From: a virus
Taxonomy: Duplodnaviria > Caudoviricetes
Virus record (IMG/VR): IMGVR_UViG_3300043772_000427
Span: 1 to 63,282 of that record
DNA: 63,282 bases
Reading direction: 5' to 3' (one strand)
Shown here: piece by piece, positions 17,530 through 25,777 of the stretch
Numbering within the stretch: position 1 is the stretch's first letter
How the letters are laid out: each line of letters opens with the position of its first letter
Translations under genes and position numbers: made by a program
The notes under the pieces: generated by a model
What the model was told of the DNA's origin: nothing
What the model saw: only the letters and a program-made list of their open reading frames with translations
Databases searched by the model: none

Positions 17530-18480
17530 ATGAACATAGCAACAGACAAAGTCGACCAAGACAAACTGACTGAACTGTTTACCAACAAGCCGAACCTCAA
17601 GAAGTTTGTGTATGAGTTCTGCACGGCGTTCAATGTGAAGGTCGACAGAGTTAAGAACAGCGGAGCGTTGCGCGTAGTAACGCCCAATGGATTGGATGGC
17701 GGTGAGTTGTCTACAAATACTAACTCACGCGACAGAAGTGAGACAGTCTACATCTACGAGAATCAGTATCTTGTTAAAAAAGAGAAGTCGAGTTCAAACT
17801 CCAGCAGAAGTGAGCGTGACTCTAATAAGATTGCAACACTCATTAGAACGCTGAAGAAGAACAACGAGTTTCCTAGCGATGAGAGTATGACTAAGGCTTA
17901 CGCAGAAGAAGTCATTACTGCGATTCATCCAGTCAAAGATTCGGCTAGATATGGCGCACCTAAAATAGAAGTGAATGTTGATATTGTAAAAATGTTGGTA
18001 GAAAGCCAATTAGGTGTTGACACTATTTCAATACAGCAGTACGCTAGCGATCTCAAAGATTCGTACAGTAAATATTTAGTCAAAATGAAAACATACAATG
18101 AGTCAGCAGACGACCATAAAAGATTCTGCAAGGGCTTCAAACTCATAGGCATTGACTACGAGAACTACTATGAAAACGATGGTACTCTCCCAGTCAAGTA
18201 TCTTGTCGGTGAGGGCGTGGTTGATAACACTAACAACCGCGAGAAGGTACTCATTCAGGGTAGCCTGAAACGCTATTCAACTCTTAAAGATATACCCGAA
18301 GTCGCAGTTGATGCGATGATGATCGCTACCTACATGCAAGGTAAGTCTACCGAAAGAATCTACTCCAACAGAAACGAGTTGTTCATAGGTAAGATTGACA
18401 GATTCTTACCTGAACTCGACATCAGCGCGGGCTATCGCAACAACATCGTGTGGGTGGTCATTCCCAAAGAGCCCAAGTAA
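17530..18480 (+). CDS. hypothetical protein
   Basis: Start at MNIATD, following TAAGGAG. Confidence 0.8.
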   Translation: MNIATDKVDQDKLTELFTNKPNLKKFVYEFCTAFNVKVDRVKNSGALRVVTPNGLDGGELSTNTNSRDRSETVYIYENQYLVKKEKSSSNSSRSERDSNKIATLIRTLKKNNEFPSDESMTKAYAEEVITAIHPVKDSARYGAPKIEVNVDIVKMLVESQLGVDTISIQQYASDLKDSYSKYLVKMKTYNESADDHKRFCKGFKLIGIDYENYYENDGTLPVKYLVGEGVVDNTNNREKVLIQGSLKRYSTLKDIPEVAVDAMMIATYMQGKSTERIYSNRNELFIGKIDRFLPELDISAGYRNNIVWVVIPKEPK

Positions 18481-18896
18481 TGTACAGCGAACTTGAATAC
18501 GTTACGCAATATATGCGCTCACTACACGACGCTAAGAAGTGGCCTTCCATGCCATACAAGACCCCTGATATGTGGCGCGTTCCTGTATACAGAGAAGACG
18601 ACGGTTATGCAGTTGTTGTGCAACCTGACAGAGTGCGGTACTTCACCGAAGAAACATTACCTGACTTCATGAAGGCTTCACTTGCAATGATTCACGCATT
18701 TCCGCCGCCTAAGAAAGAACTATATCAAGTCTCGGTCACGGATTCGTTTATCAATTACCACAACCCAAAGCTCGACGATGTGGGGTGGATGGTGTGCAAA
18801 GATTTGTACATCGTAGTCATGCACTATTCGCAGCTTGGTGAGATTGGCTACAACAAGGAGAAGTCTACATGGCAGATACACCTGAACGCAAAGTAA
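18480..18896 (+). CDS. hypothetical protein
   Basis: TAATG coupling; 138 aa. Confidence 0.7.
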   Translation: MYSELEYVTQYMRSLHDAKKWPSMPYKTPDMWRVPVYREDDGYAVVVQPDRVRYFTEETLPDFMKASLAMIHAFPPPKKELYQVSVTDSFINYHNPKLDDVGWMVCKDLYIVVMHYSQLGEIGYNKEKSTWQIHLNAK

Positions 18897-19165
18897 AGAA
18901 GAAAGTCCTCATGGAACTGGCTTCTATCGGGGCTTACTACACCATGCCCGTAACGAGTGGATTTGGTAATTCAGGAGTGCCTGACATTCTATGTTGCTAC
19001 AACGGATGGTTCATTGGCATAGAGTGCAAAGCGAACGGCGGTAAGCCAACGAAATTACAGCAGTCTCACTTAGATGAGATTGAGATGCGGGGCGGCTTGT
19101 CGTTCATCGTTGATGAACACAATGTCGGGATTATCAAACAACTCATATTGGACAACGCAAAATGA
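18869..19165 (+). CDS. VRR-NUC domain nuclease (Holliday-junction-resolvase-like)
   Basis: PE..VK, GVPDI, FIGIECK, PTKLQ. Confidence 0.85.
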   Translation: MADTPERKVKKKVLMELASIGAYYTMPVTSGFGNSGVPDILCCYNGWFIGIECKANGGKPTKLQQSHLDEIEMRGGLSFIVDEHNVGIIKQLILDNAK

Positions 19166-19326
19166 AAGAACTTAAATATCTCTCAAGAGCATTACCCACA
19201 CGCATGTGTACAGACCCGAAGTTTAAATTTAAGAACGCCTCACAAACCGATGTGCGCCGTACATGGCGCAAAGCGAGATTACTCATGCGATTAGCAAAAG
19301 GAAACCCCTATGAAAGCCTTACTTGA
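19162..19326 (+). CDS. small basic hypothetical protein (54 aa; not in the ORF track)
   Basis: ATGA coupling; DPKFKF...TDVRRTWRK. Confidence 0.55.
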   Translation: MKELKYLSRALPTRMCTDPKFKFKNASQTDVRRTWRKARLLMRLAKGNPYESLT

Positions 19327-19492
19327 ATTTGCGTACCCTGAAGATGGACTGAAATTACAGCATGCGTTGAAGGCTAACGAGTACTACGAGGCATTATGCG
19401 ACATAGACAACATACTAGCGATGCCTTACACGAAGGCGGAAGCCTACACAAAGATCAGAACAGTAATACTAGAAGTGTTGGAGGGTACATGA
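19310..19492 (+). CDS. hypothetical protein
   Basis: 60 aa, starts MKALLEF, AAGGA RBS. Confidence 0.7.
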   Translation: MKALLEFAYPEDGLKLQHALKANEYYEALCDIDNILAMPYTKAEAYTKIRTVILEVLEGT

Positions 19493-19587
19493 CATGGCCC
19501 TTCCCCCCATTCCCAAACCCCAAGAACAAGAACGACAAGCGAGAGCCGAAGTTCAACCCCGACAACTACGAGGACGCACCGAGATGA
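19489..19587 (+). CDS. 32-aa Pro-rich peptide
   Basis: GGAGG RBS; MTWPFPPFP...EDAPR; coupled on both sides. Confidence 0.55.
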   Translation: MTWPFPPFPNPKNKNDKREPKFNPDNYEDAPR

Positions 19588-19856
19588 CACAAGATGAAAT
19601 CATTGAGATGGCTAGACAGGCGGGTGGCATAGACATCACAAACACACGGGCAGGAAACTTTACTGCTTGGATTGGCACAGGAACTCCTGAGTTCCTTGAA
19701 CGCTTTGCCAAGCTAGTAGCACAGCATGAGCGTGAGGCGTGTGCATGGGTGTGTGATTCGCTTGAGGAGCAGTGCGAAAAACTTCTTGTACCCGACGAAA
19801 AATGGCCGACACCATCTGACTGCGCCAACATCATCCGAGCAAGGGGACAAGCATGA
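19584..19856 (+). CDS. hypothetical protein (LERFA/EREACA/IRARG type)
   Basis: Start at MTQDEIIEMARQAG. Confidence 0.75.
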   Translation: MTQDEIIEMARQAGGIDITNTRAGNFTAWIGTGTPEFLERFAKLVAQHEREACAWVCDSLEEQCEKLLVPDEKWPTPSDCANIIRARGQA

Positions 19857-20053
19857 CACAAGATGACGATGACATTCAAGACTACGTTCGCCCTTGGGTG
19901 GGTCTGACGGATGCGGAAAGGCTTGAAGCTTTGCGATCTGTTGATGTTGTTACTGCGGTCAGCTTGTTAATGAGCCAGTATGAGATGCCTCCAACATTTA
20001 AAGTTTATGCCGAAGCGATTGAAGCCAAGCTGAAGGAGAAGAACCATGGATAA
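19853..20053 (+). CDS. hypothetical protein (WVGLT...AIEAKLKEKN type)
   Basis: Shares motifs with 20046-20261. Confidence 0.75.
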   Translation: MTQDDDDIQDYVRPWVGLTDAERLEALRSVDVVTAVSLLMSQYEMPPTFKVYAEAIEAKLKEKNHG

Positions 20054-20261
20054 ACCAATAGCATGGTACGACCCAAGCAACGGCATGGTAAGTACAGACA
20101 AAGACAGCCCTTTGTTTACACCATTGGGTCAGGTATGGGGTTTGTATCCAAAGCAAGAGTGGGTAGGTCTGACACAAGAAGAAATTGAAAATTCGTATGT
20201 TCCTAACTATCAAGAACAAACTCGAGCCATTGAAGCCAAACTCAAGGAGAAGAACACTTGA
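20046..20261 (+). CDS. hypothetical protein (WVGLT...AIEAKLKEKN type)
   Basis: Shares motifs with 19853-20053. Confidence 0.75.
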   Translation: MDKPIAWYDPSNGMVSTDKDSPLFTPLGQVWGLYPKQEWVGLTQEEIENSYVPNYQEQTRAIEAKLKEKNT

Positions 20262-20485
20262 GCAAATCCAAAACACCTGAACCACTGTACAGGCAGATTA
20301 TTCCTGAAGAAGATCGAGGCAAGACAGTGGTCAGCAAGTACTACAGAGTTAGTCAGAACAGGGATGGGTTGGGCGTGGGTTTGCACCCGTACCTTGTCGA
20401 GTGCAACTTACGAATCGACTTTGGCTTGGATGGTGGCATCTACAAGGTTGAATGGAGCAACAAAGTTTTAGGAGAAAGAAAATGA
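20258..20485 (+). CDS. hypothetical protein
   Basis: TTG start with AAGGAG RBS. Confidence 0.6.
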   Translation: MSKSKTPEPLYRQIIPEEDRGKTVVSKYYRVSQNRDGLGVGLHPYLVECNLRIDFGLDGGIYKVEWSNKVLGERK

Positions 20486-20691
20486 TTCACACAGACGAAG
20501 ACGATGAGTTCGAGCGCATTGCACATGAAGCTGAGATGAAGAAGGGGCAACCCTACCACTACGACGTTTTTGTGTCGCCATCACAGCGCAATACAGTCTT
20601 AGAAGAAGTGGCTAAGGAGTTTGACGCAATGAAACCATTTGGTGATACCGCCGCAAGCTTTGCGGCATTTGTAAGGGGTATGAAGAAATGA
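20482..20691 (+). CDS. hypothetical protein
   Basis: Start at MIHTDEDD; RNTVLEEVA motif. Confidence 0.7.
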   Translation: MIHTDEDDEFERIAHEAEMKKGQPYHYDVFVSPSQRNTVLEEVAKEFDAMKPFGDTAASFAAFVRGMKK

Positions 20692-20939
20692 CAGTACTTA
20701 ACCCATGGGAAGAGTTAGCGCAAGTTGACCGCCCAAGTATTTTCTTGACAGACCCGTACTTTCGTGCGCGTAACCCAAGCAATCAAATCAAAAGCAAGGA
20801 GGATCTAGGATACAAACAATTCGGCACATTTACACGAGCAAAGGAGAGACAACCAAACAAGCATGAAGGAACACTAGAACATGCCAAGACCAAAACCCCC
20901 CGCCCCCCTAAAGGCACGATACGTACGTTTGTCCGATAG
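20688..20939 (+). CDS. hypothetical protein
   Basis: 83 aa with ATGA coupling. Confidence 0.55.
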   Translation: MTVLNPWEELAQVDRPSIFLTDPYFRARNPSNQIKSKEDLGYKQFGTFTRAKERQPNKHEGTLEHAKTKTPRPPKGTIRTFVR

Positions 20940-21063
20940 AGAGTGGCTGATATTTAAACAACTAGGTGGCGCTGAATGGCTAAGAGAAACCTTAGACAAA
21001 AAAGCACCAATGCCCAAACAATACTACGACAATTTTTTACAACCAACCAAGGAAATAAAATGA
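20881..21063 (+). CDS. small putative DNA-binding protein (ribbon-helix-helix-like)
   Basis: MPRPKPP...YVRLSDREW..FKQLGGAEWLR pattern (strand followed by two helices). Confidence 0.5.
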   Translation: MPRPKPPAPLKARYVRLSDREWLIFKQLGGAEWLRETLDKKAPMPKQYYDNFLQPTKEIK

Positions 21064-21542
21064 CATTTCATGCAAAAAGCAAAGCCCAAGAGATTCGTTC
21101 TTATGTTGCGGCTAACCCCAACGCTAAACCTAAAGACGTTGCCAAAGCAATCGGTACTGGAATTCAGTATGTGTACGCAGTCTTGTGGACTGCTAAGAAG
21201 AAAGCCAAGGTCAAGAAGCCAAGTCTCCCACGCGAAGTGATGACATTAAAACAAATCAAAGAAGCAACCGCTCGTGTACAAGAGTTTATTAAGCAAGATT
21301 TACCGCCGATGCCGTCAACTCAAATAGAAATGTTTGAGCCAGCGAGTGACCCCGTCAATCACCCTGAGCACTACAAGGTAGGCGGTATTGAGACCATTGA
21401 CTTTATTGAAGCCAAGAAGCTGAACTACAACATCGGTAATGTGGTGAAGTATCTTACAAGAGCTGACCACAAGGGCAACCGCAAGCAAGACCTTGAGAAG
21501 GCATTGTGGTATCTGACACGCGAAATCAATTCACTCAAGTGA
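21060..21542 (+). CDS. HTH-like N-terminus fused to DUF3310 (SaV / T7 gp1.7-like) domain
   Basis: DPVNHPEHY..GGIETIDFI...GNVVKYLTRADHKG...DLEKALWYL; N-terminal KPKDVAKAIG. Confidence 0.8.
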   Translation: MTFHAKSKAQEIRSYVAANPNAKPKDVAKAIGTGIQYVYAVLWTAKKKAKVKKPSLPREVMTLKQIKEATARVQEFIKQDLPPMPSTQIEMFEPASDPVNHPEHYKVGGIETIDFIEAKKLNYNIGNVVKYLTRADHKGNRKQDLEKALWYLTREINSLK

Positions 21543-21546
21543 GTCG

Positions 21547-22029
21547 ATGATGCTTGAAGGAATCAAGATACTAGGGGAACGTATAGTCAACATGCCTGAA
21601 CTGTACGACCCGAATGAGAACAGAGTGACGGAAGTCAAAATGACTGATCCTGAAATTCCTCTTTCTCACCAAGTAGATCAGCTTATTCAGCTTGTTTGTG
21701 AGAACCGTGATGGAATCTTTACTGATGAGGAAATTAAACACATCAAAGACTCCATTACTGAGTGCAGGCGCAGAGTGTTTAACTCTTGGGTGGTGGGCAT
21801 CATCGCAGACCAAGACTTAATTCTGCCAAGAACTCGTGAGCAAATGAAAGCTGAGATAGAGCGCGAGGAAGAAGAACGCAAGTGGCGCATGGAGAAAGAG
21901 AAAGAAAAACGCCAAATGGAAAGAGAACGACAACTTGCTATGGAGCAAATACAACAACGTATGAAGCAAGATGAAATGCTACGTGGTGGCAGAGGTATCG
22001 CTAATAACAATTTAACAGGATTTATTTAA
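21547..22029 (+). CDS. hypothetical coiled-coil protein
   Basis: 160 aa with an E/R-rich C-terminus. Confidence 0.7.
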   Translation: MMLEGIKILGERIVNMPELYDPNENRVTEVKMTDPEIPLSHQVDQLIQLVCENRDGIFTDEEIKHIKDSITECRRRVFNSWVVGIIADQDLILPRTREQMKAEIEREEEERKWRMEKEKEKRQMERERQLAMEQIQQRMKQDEMLRGGRGIANNNLTGFI

Positions 22030-23897
22030 TGAGCCTTATAACCATCGACTTTGAGACCTACTACACCAACACTGGACTGGGTTTCTCCAAGCAAACAACA
22101 GAAGAGTACATCCGCGACCCGAAGTTTGAGGTCATAGGTGTTGCTGTTCAGATAGATGCTGGCGATCCAGTTTGGTATTCAGGCGACCGTGAAACGCTAC
22201 GCAAGTGGCTTGGGCAATTTGACTGGAAGAATAGCATGGTCATTGCTCACAACATGCTGTTTGACGGCGCGATTCTGAAGTGGCACTTTGGTATCACACC
22301 GATGGGGTATCTCGATACTCTGTCCATGGCGAGAGCCATTCATGGTGTTGAAGTCGGTGGTTCACTGGCCAAACTAGCGTTGCGCTACCAAATAGGAGAG
22401 AAAGGTACGGAAGTTAACGACGCAGTTAACAAACGCCGTGTCGACTTCACACCCGAGGACTTGGCGCAATATGGTCGTTATTGTGAGAATGATGTCAAGC
22501 TGACCTACGAGTTGTTTGTACGCATGGCGCAAGGCTTTCCGATGGAGGAGTTAAAGCTCATCGACATGACCTTGCGTATGTATATCCATCCGATGCTGTG
22601 TATCAATCAGGATACATTGAAGGAACGTCTCGACGGATTACAGAAAGAGAAATCAGAATTACTTTCTTCACTGATGGTAAAGCTCGAGTGTGAGACTGAG
22701 GAAGACGTTCGCAAGAATTTATCTAGCAACAGCAAGTTTGCAAAGATACTGCAAGACTTAGGCATTGAAGTGCCGATGAAGGTCAGCCCAACTACCGGCA
22801 AGCAGATGCCAGCACTCGCTAAGAAAGACGAAGGGTTCATTGCCCTGTCTGAGAGTGAAGATACTTTTATACAACACTTGTGCGCTGTGCGCCTTGGAAC
22901 GAAGTCAACGCTTGAAGAGAAACGCATCGAGCGTTTCATGAAGATTGGCGAACGCAATAAGGGAATGATTCCCATCCCCCTGAAATACTATGGGGCACAC
23001 ACCGGTAGATGGTCGGGTACTGACAAGATTAACTTTCAGAACTTACCGAGCCGTGACCCAAAGAAAAAGGCTTTGAAGAAAGCCATTGTGCCGCCCGAAG
23101 GCTATGTCGTAATCAACTGTGACTCATCGCAGATTGAAGCGCGGGTGCTACCTTGGCTTGCGGGTCAAGATGACATCGTTAAACTGTTTGCTGATGGAGA
23201 AGATGTTTACTCCGTCTTTGCGTCTGCTGTGTACGAGCGACCCATCACCAAGAAGAATCCTGTGGAACGGTTTGTGGGTAAGACCTGTATTCTGGGCCTT
23301 GGCTATGGCACTGGGGCTTTAAAGTTACAACACACACTAGCTACCACGCCTCCCGGTGTAAAGCTAACCGAGGACGAGTGCAAAGGACTCGTGACCAAGT
23401 ACCGTCAACTCAACGACAAGATCATTGATCTGTGGGCTGAGGGTGATCAGATGCTTGATGAGATGATGAACTCAAAGATCACCGAGCCACGAACATTCGG
23501 TAAACACAACTGCGTGTTCTACGACAACGAAGGGCTGATACTGCCTAACGGTTTTCGTATCCGATACCCCAACTTGCGCCGCGAGTACGAGGACGGCAAG
23601 TCCAAAGTAATGTACGATTCACGCAAGGGTAAGGTTTCTATTTGGGGCGGTGCGGTGGTTGAGAACGTGGTTCAAGCTCTAGCAAGGATCGTCGTGGGCA
23701 CTCAGATGGCTGAGATCAACGAGAAGTATCGCGTTGCGCTAACCGTGCATGACGCCGCTGTTAATGTTGTTCCAGCGGATGAGGCTGACGAGGCCGTGGC
23801 CTTCATAACTGGCATCATGTCTAAAGCCCCCGAGTGGGCAACCGGACTTCCTGTCGCGTGTGAGGCCGGCGTTGGTGAAACCTACGGAGACTGCTAA
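22029..23897 (+). CDS. polA: DNA polymerase, family A (3'-5' exonuclease + polymerase)
   Basis: ExoI IDFET, ExoII AHNMLFD, HTGRWS, motif A DSSQIEAR, motif B R...KTCILGLGYG, motif C VHD. Confidence 0.95.
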   Translation: MSLITIDFETYYTNTGLGFSKQTTEEYIRDPKFEVIGVAVQIDAGDPVWYSGDRETLRKWLGQFDWKNSMVIAHNMLFDGAILKWHFGITPMGYLDTLSMARAIHGVEVGGSLAKLALRYQIGEKGTEVNDAVNKRRVDFTPEDLAQYGRYCENDVKLTYELFVRMAQGFPMEELKLIDMTLRMYIHPMLCINQDTLKERLDGLQKEKSELLSSLMVKLECETEEDVRKNLSSNSKFAKILQDLGIEVPMKVSPTTGKQMPALAKKDEGFIALSESEDTFIQHLCAVRLGTKSTLEEKRIERFMKIGERNKGMIPIPLKYYGAHTGRWSGTDKINFQNLPSRDPKKKALKKAIVPPEGYVVINCDSSQIEARVLPWLAGQDDIVKLFADGEDVYSVFASAVYERPITKKNPVERFVGKTCILGLGYGTGALKLQHTLATTPPGVKLTEDECKGLVTKYRQLNDKIIDLWAEGDQMLDEMMNSKITEPRTFGKHNCVFYDNEGLILPNGFRIRYPNLRREYEDGKSKVMYDSRKGKVSIWGGAVVENVVQALARIVVGTQMAEINEKYRVALTVHDAAVNVVPADEADEAVAFITGIMSKAPEWATGLPVACEAGVGETYGDC

Positions 23898-24547
23898 TGC
23901 TTAATAAACACGAACTTTGGGCGCGGGCAAACGGTATCAACATCCAATCACTCCGACTTCCCATACAACAAACTCCCGCACAATACCAAGCTGAACAGAA
24001 GCGCAAGCAACAGCTGTTTGCGGCTGACTACGCTACCGAGAAGGCGGCTTCCAAGTTAGTGAGCGAACTGCTCGACGAGAAGGGGTGGAGCTATGAGAAA
24101 GAAGTTAAAACAACAAGCGGTAAGGCAATCGACTTTGTTGTGACTGCGTACCACGAGGACCGTGAGATCAAGTTTGGTATAGAAGTTAAACGGCAGATGT
24201 CACCCCATTACCCCAACGGTCTCGCCGCAACAACCCTTGCAGATCATTTGGAGCAAGCGGCGGCTTATGCGCGTGATCTCAACATGCCTGTATTCATAGG
24301 GCCAGTCCAAACAAGCAAGTCGCCAAGTAGCATGTACACGGGCGGTAAGACTGTTGACTCAGTATGCGCTTTAAATATCTTTGGTGGTCGTATGAATGTA
24401 GGCACGTTTGTTGTTGGCAACACTTGGCATGGCGACAAGTTCTTCATGATCTTGCGTGGCGCATCCTTTTACGAGAACGGGTTCAACCCTAAGCGCTTAA
24501 ATATGGTAACTTCTACTGGTTCTAAAAAGGAGCGCACAGATATATGA
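23897..24547 (+). CDS. PD-(D/E)XK restriction-endonuclease-fold protein
   Basis: E...IDFVV...GIEVK...QAAAY. Confidence 0.6.
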   Translation: MLNKHELWARANGINIQSLRLPIQQTPAQYQAEQKRKQQLFAADYATEKAASKLVSELLDEKGWSYEKEVKTTSGKAIDFVVTAYHEDREIKFGIEVKRQMSPHYPNGLAATTLADHLEQAAAYARDLNMPVFIGPVQTSKSPSSMYTGGKTVDSVCALNIFGGRMNVGTFVVGNTWHGDKFFMILRGASFYENGFNPKRLNMVTSTGSKKERTDI

Positions 24548-25206
24548 AAGCCAGTGAAATTAAGTGGTCGTACTCCGGCCTCAAGGACTTTGCAAATTGT
24601 CCGAAGCAGTACCATGAAGTTAAGGTCTTAAAAAATTTTAAGAAAGAAGCTACAAAGCAAATGTTATACGGCACAGAGGTTCACTCTGCGCTGGAGAACT
24701 ACGTCAAAGACGGTACACCCCTAGCCAAAAACTATGAGCGGTTCAAATCCCAACTCGATCCCCTACGGGAGATGGAAGGGGTTAAGTATCCTGAACATGA
24801 AATGGCTCTGACTTACGATAAGAAGCCTTGCGCGTTCGATGCACCTGACTACTGGGTGCGGGGCATCGCTGACTTGCTGGTCGTGCGGGATGATGTTGGT
24901 TTTATTGTTGATTACAAGACCGGCAGTAACCGCTACCCTGACCCCAAGCAGTTGCAGTTAATGGCTCTTATGGCATTTGCGCACTTCCCGCAGCTGCAAC
25001 AGATTAACGCTGGCCTGTTATTTGTTGCACACAATCACTTTGTAACTTCCGAGTATTCGAGAGACAATATGGACTCGCTGTGGGAGGATTTTTACTGGAA
25101 TCTTGAGCGCTTGCGCTTGTCCCATGAGAATAATTCTTGGCAGGCTAACCCTACGCCCTTGTGCGGATGGTGTCCAGTAAAGACTTGTCAATTCCACAAG
25201 GGGTAA
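24544..25206 (+). CDS. Cas4/RecB-like PD-(D/E)XK exonuclease
   Basis: WSYS...CP, RGIADL, IVDYKTG, QL, C-terminal CGWCP...C. Confidence 0.85.
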   Translation: MKASEIKWSYSGLKDFANCPKQYHEVKVLKNFKKEATKQMLYGTEVHSALENYVKDGTPLAKNYERFKSQLDPLREMEGVKYPEHEMALTYDKKPCAFDAPDYWVRGIADLLVVRDDVGFIVDYKTGSNRYPDPKQLQLMALMAFAHFPQLQQINAGLLFVAHNHFVTSEYSRDNMDSLWEDFYWNLERLRLSHENNSWQANPTPLCGWCPVKTCQFHKG

Positions 25207-25208
25207 TC

Positions 25209-25520
25209 ATGCCTTATGTAAACAAACCTAGACCGTACAAAAAAGAGTACGAACAACAGAAGGCTCGAGGTGAGCACGAACGCCGTATGGAACGCCAGCG
25301 TGGACGCCGTTCAATCGACAAAACCGGCACTGATGCCAATGGGAATGGCAAGGCAGACCGCCGAGAGGGTAAGGATGTAGCGCACGTTCGCGCCCTAGAT
25401 AAAGGCGGCTCAAATAAGGATGGCCTACGCATCCAAAGCGTTGCTAAAAATCGCTCGTTCCGGCGCGATTCAAAGGGTAATTTGGTCTCAGAGACCAGCA
25501 AAAAAGAACGCTCTAGGTGA
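25209..25520 (+). CDS. small basic HNH-like protein
   Basis: GKDVAH...LDKGGSN...NRS. Confidence 0.6.
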   Translation: MPYVNKPRPYKKEYEQQKARGEHERRMERQRGRRSIDKTGTDANGNGKADRREGKDVAHVRALDKGGSNKDGLRIQSVAKNRSFRRDSKGNLVSETSKKERSR

Positions 25521-25550
25521 AAATACCTACGATTCCAACAAAAAAATTAC

Positions 25551-25578
25551 TTGACTTATAGAGTTTTGGCCTCATAAT
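25551..25578 (+). promoter_or_regulatory. sigma70-like promoter (TTGACT-N16-CATAAT)
   Basis: Preceded by an A tract; upstream of a structured leader and the helicase operon. Confidence 0.55.
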
Positions 25579-25589
25579 TAAGTCAATCA

Positions 25590-25750
25590 GGTTCAGTCGT
25601 TAGGCGTGAGTGGACTGATGAGGGTTTTGTTGCAGTTGCTCGCTTGTTTTACCCTCATAAACCGCGTCAGTTAGTCGGTGGGAACTCTCCTTTGGACATA
25701 CTTTCGCCCACGACAGGACTAACCGGATGGGGGGCCGTGCCCCCCGTTCG
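25590..25750 (+). ncRNA. putative structured leader / ncRNA
   Basis: Stems ATGAGGGT/ACCCTCAT, GTTAGTC/GACTAAC, GTGGG/CCCAC and a terminal GC hairpin, all in a gene-free gap. Confidence 0.5.
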
Positions 25751-25777
25751 TAACACCAATTTAGTTTGAAAGGCAGT

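Noticed and set aside
24544-25206. Cas4 as part of a CRISPR system
   Set aside because: No array or other cas genes. Stand-alone Cas4-like exonucleases are normal in phage replication modules.
25615-25662. Hammerhead ribozyme (CTGATGA core)
   Set aside because: No GAAA follows the would-be stem II; the ATGAG is instead complementary to CTCAT.
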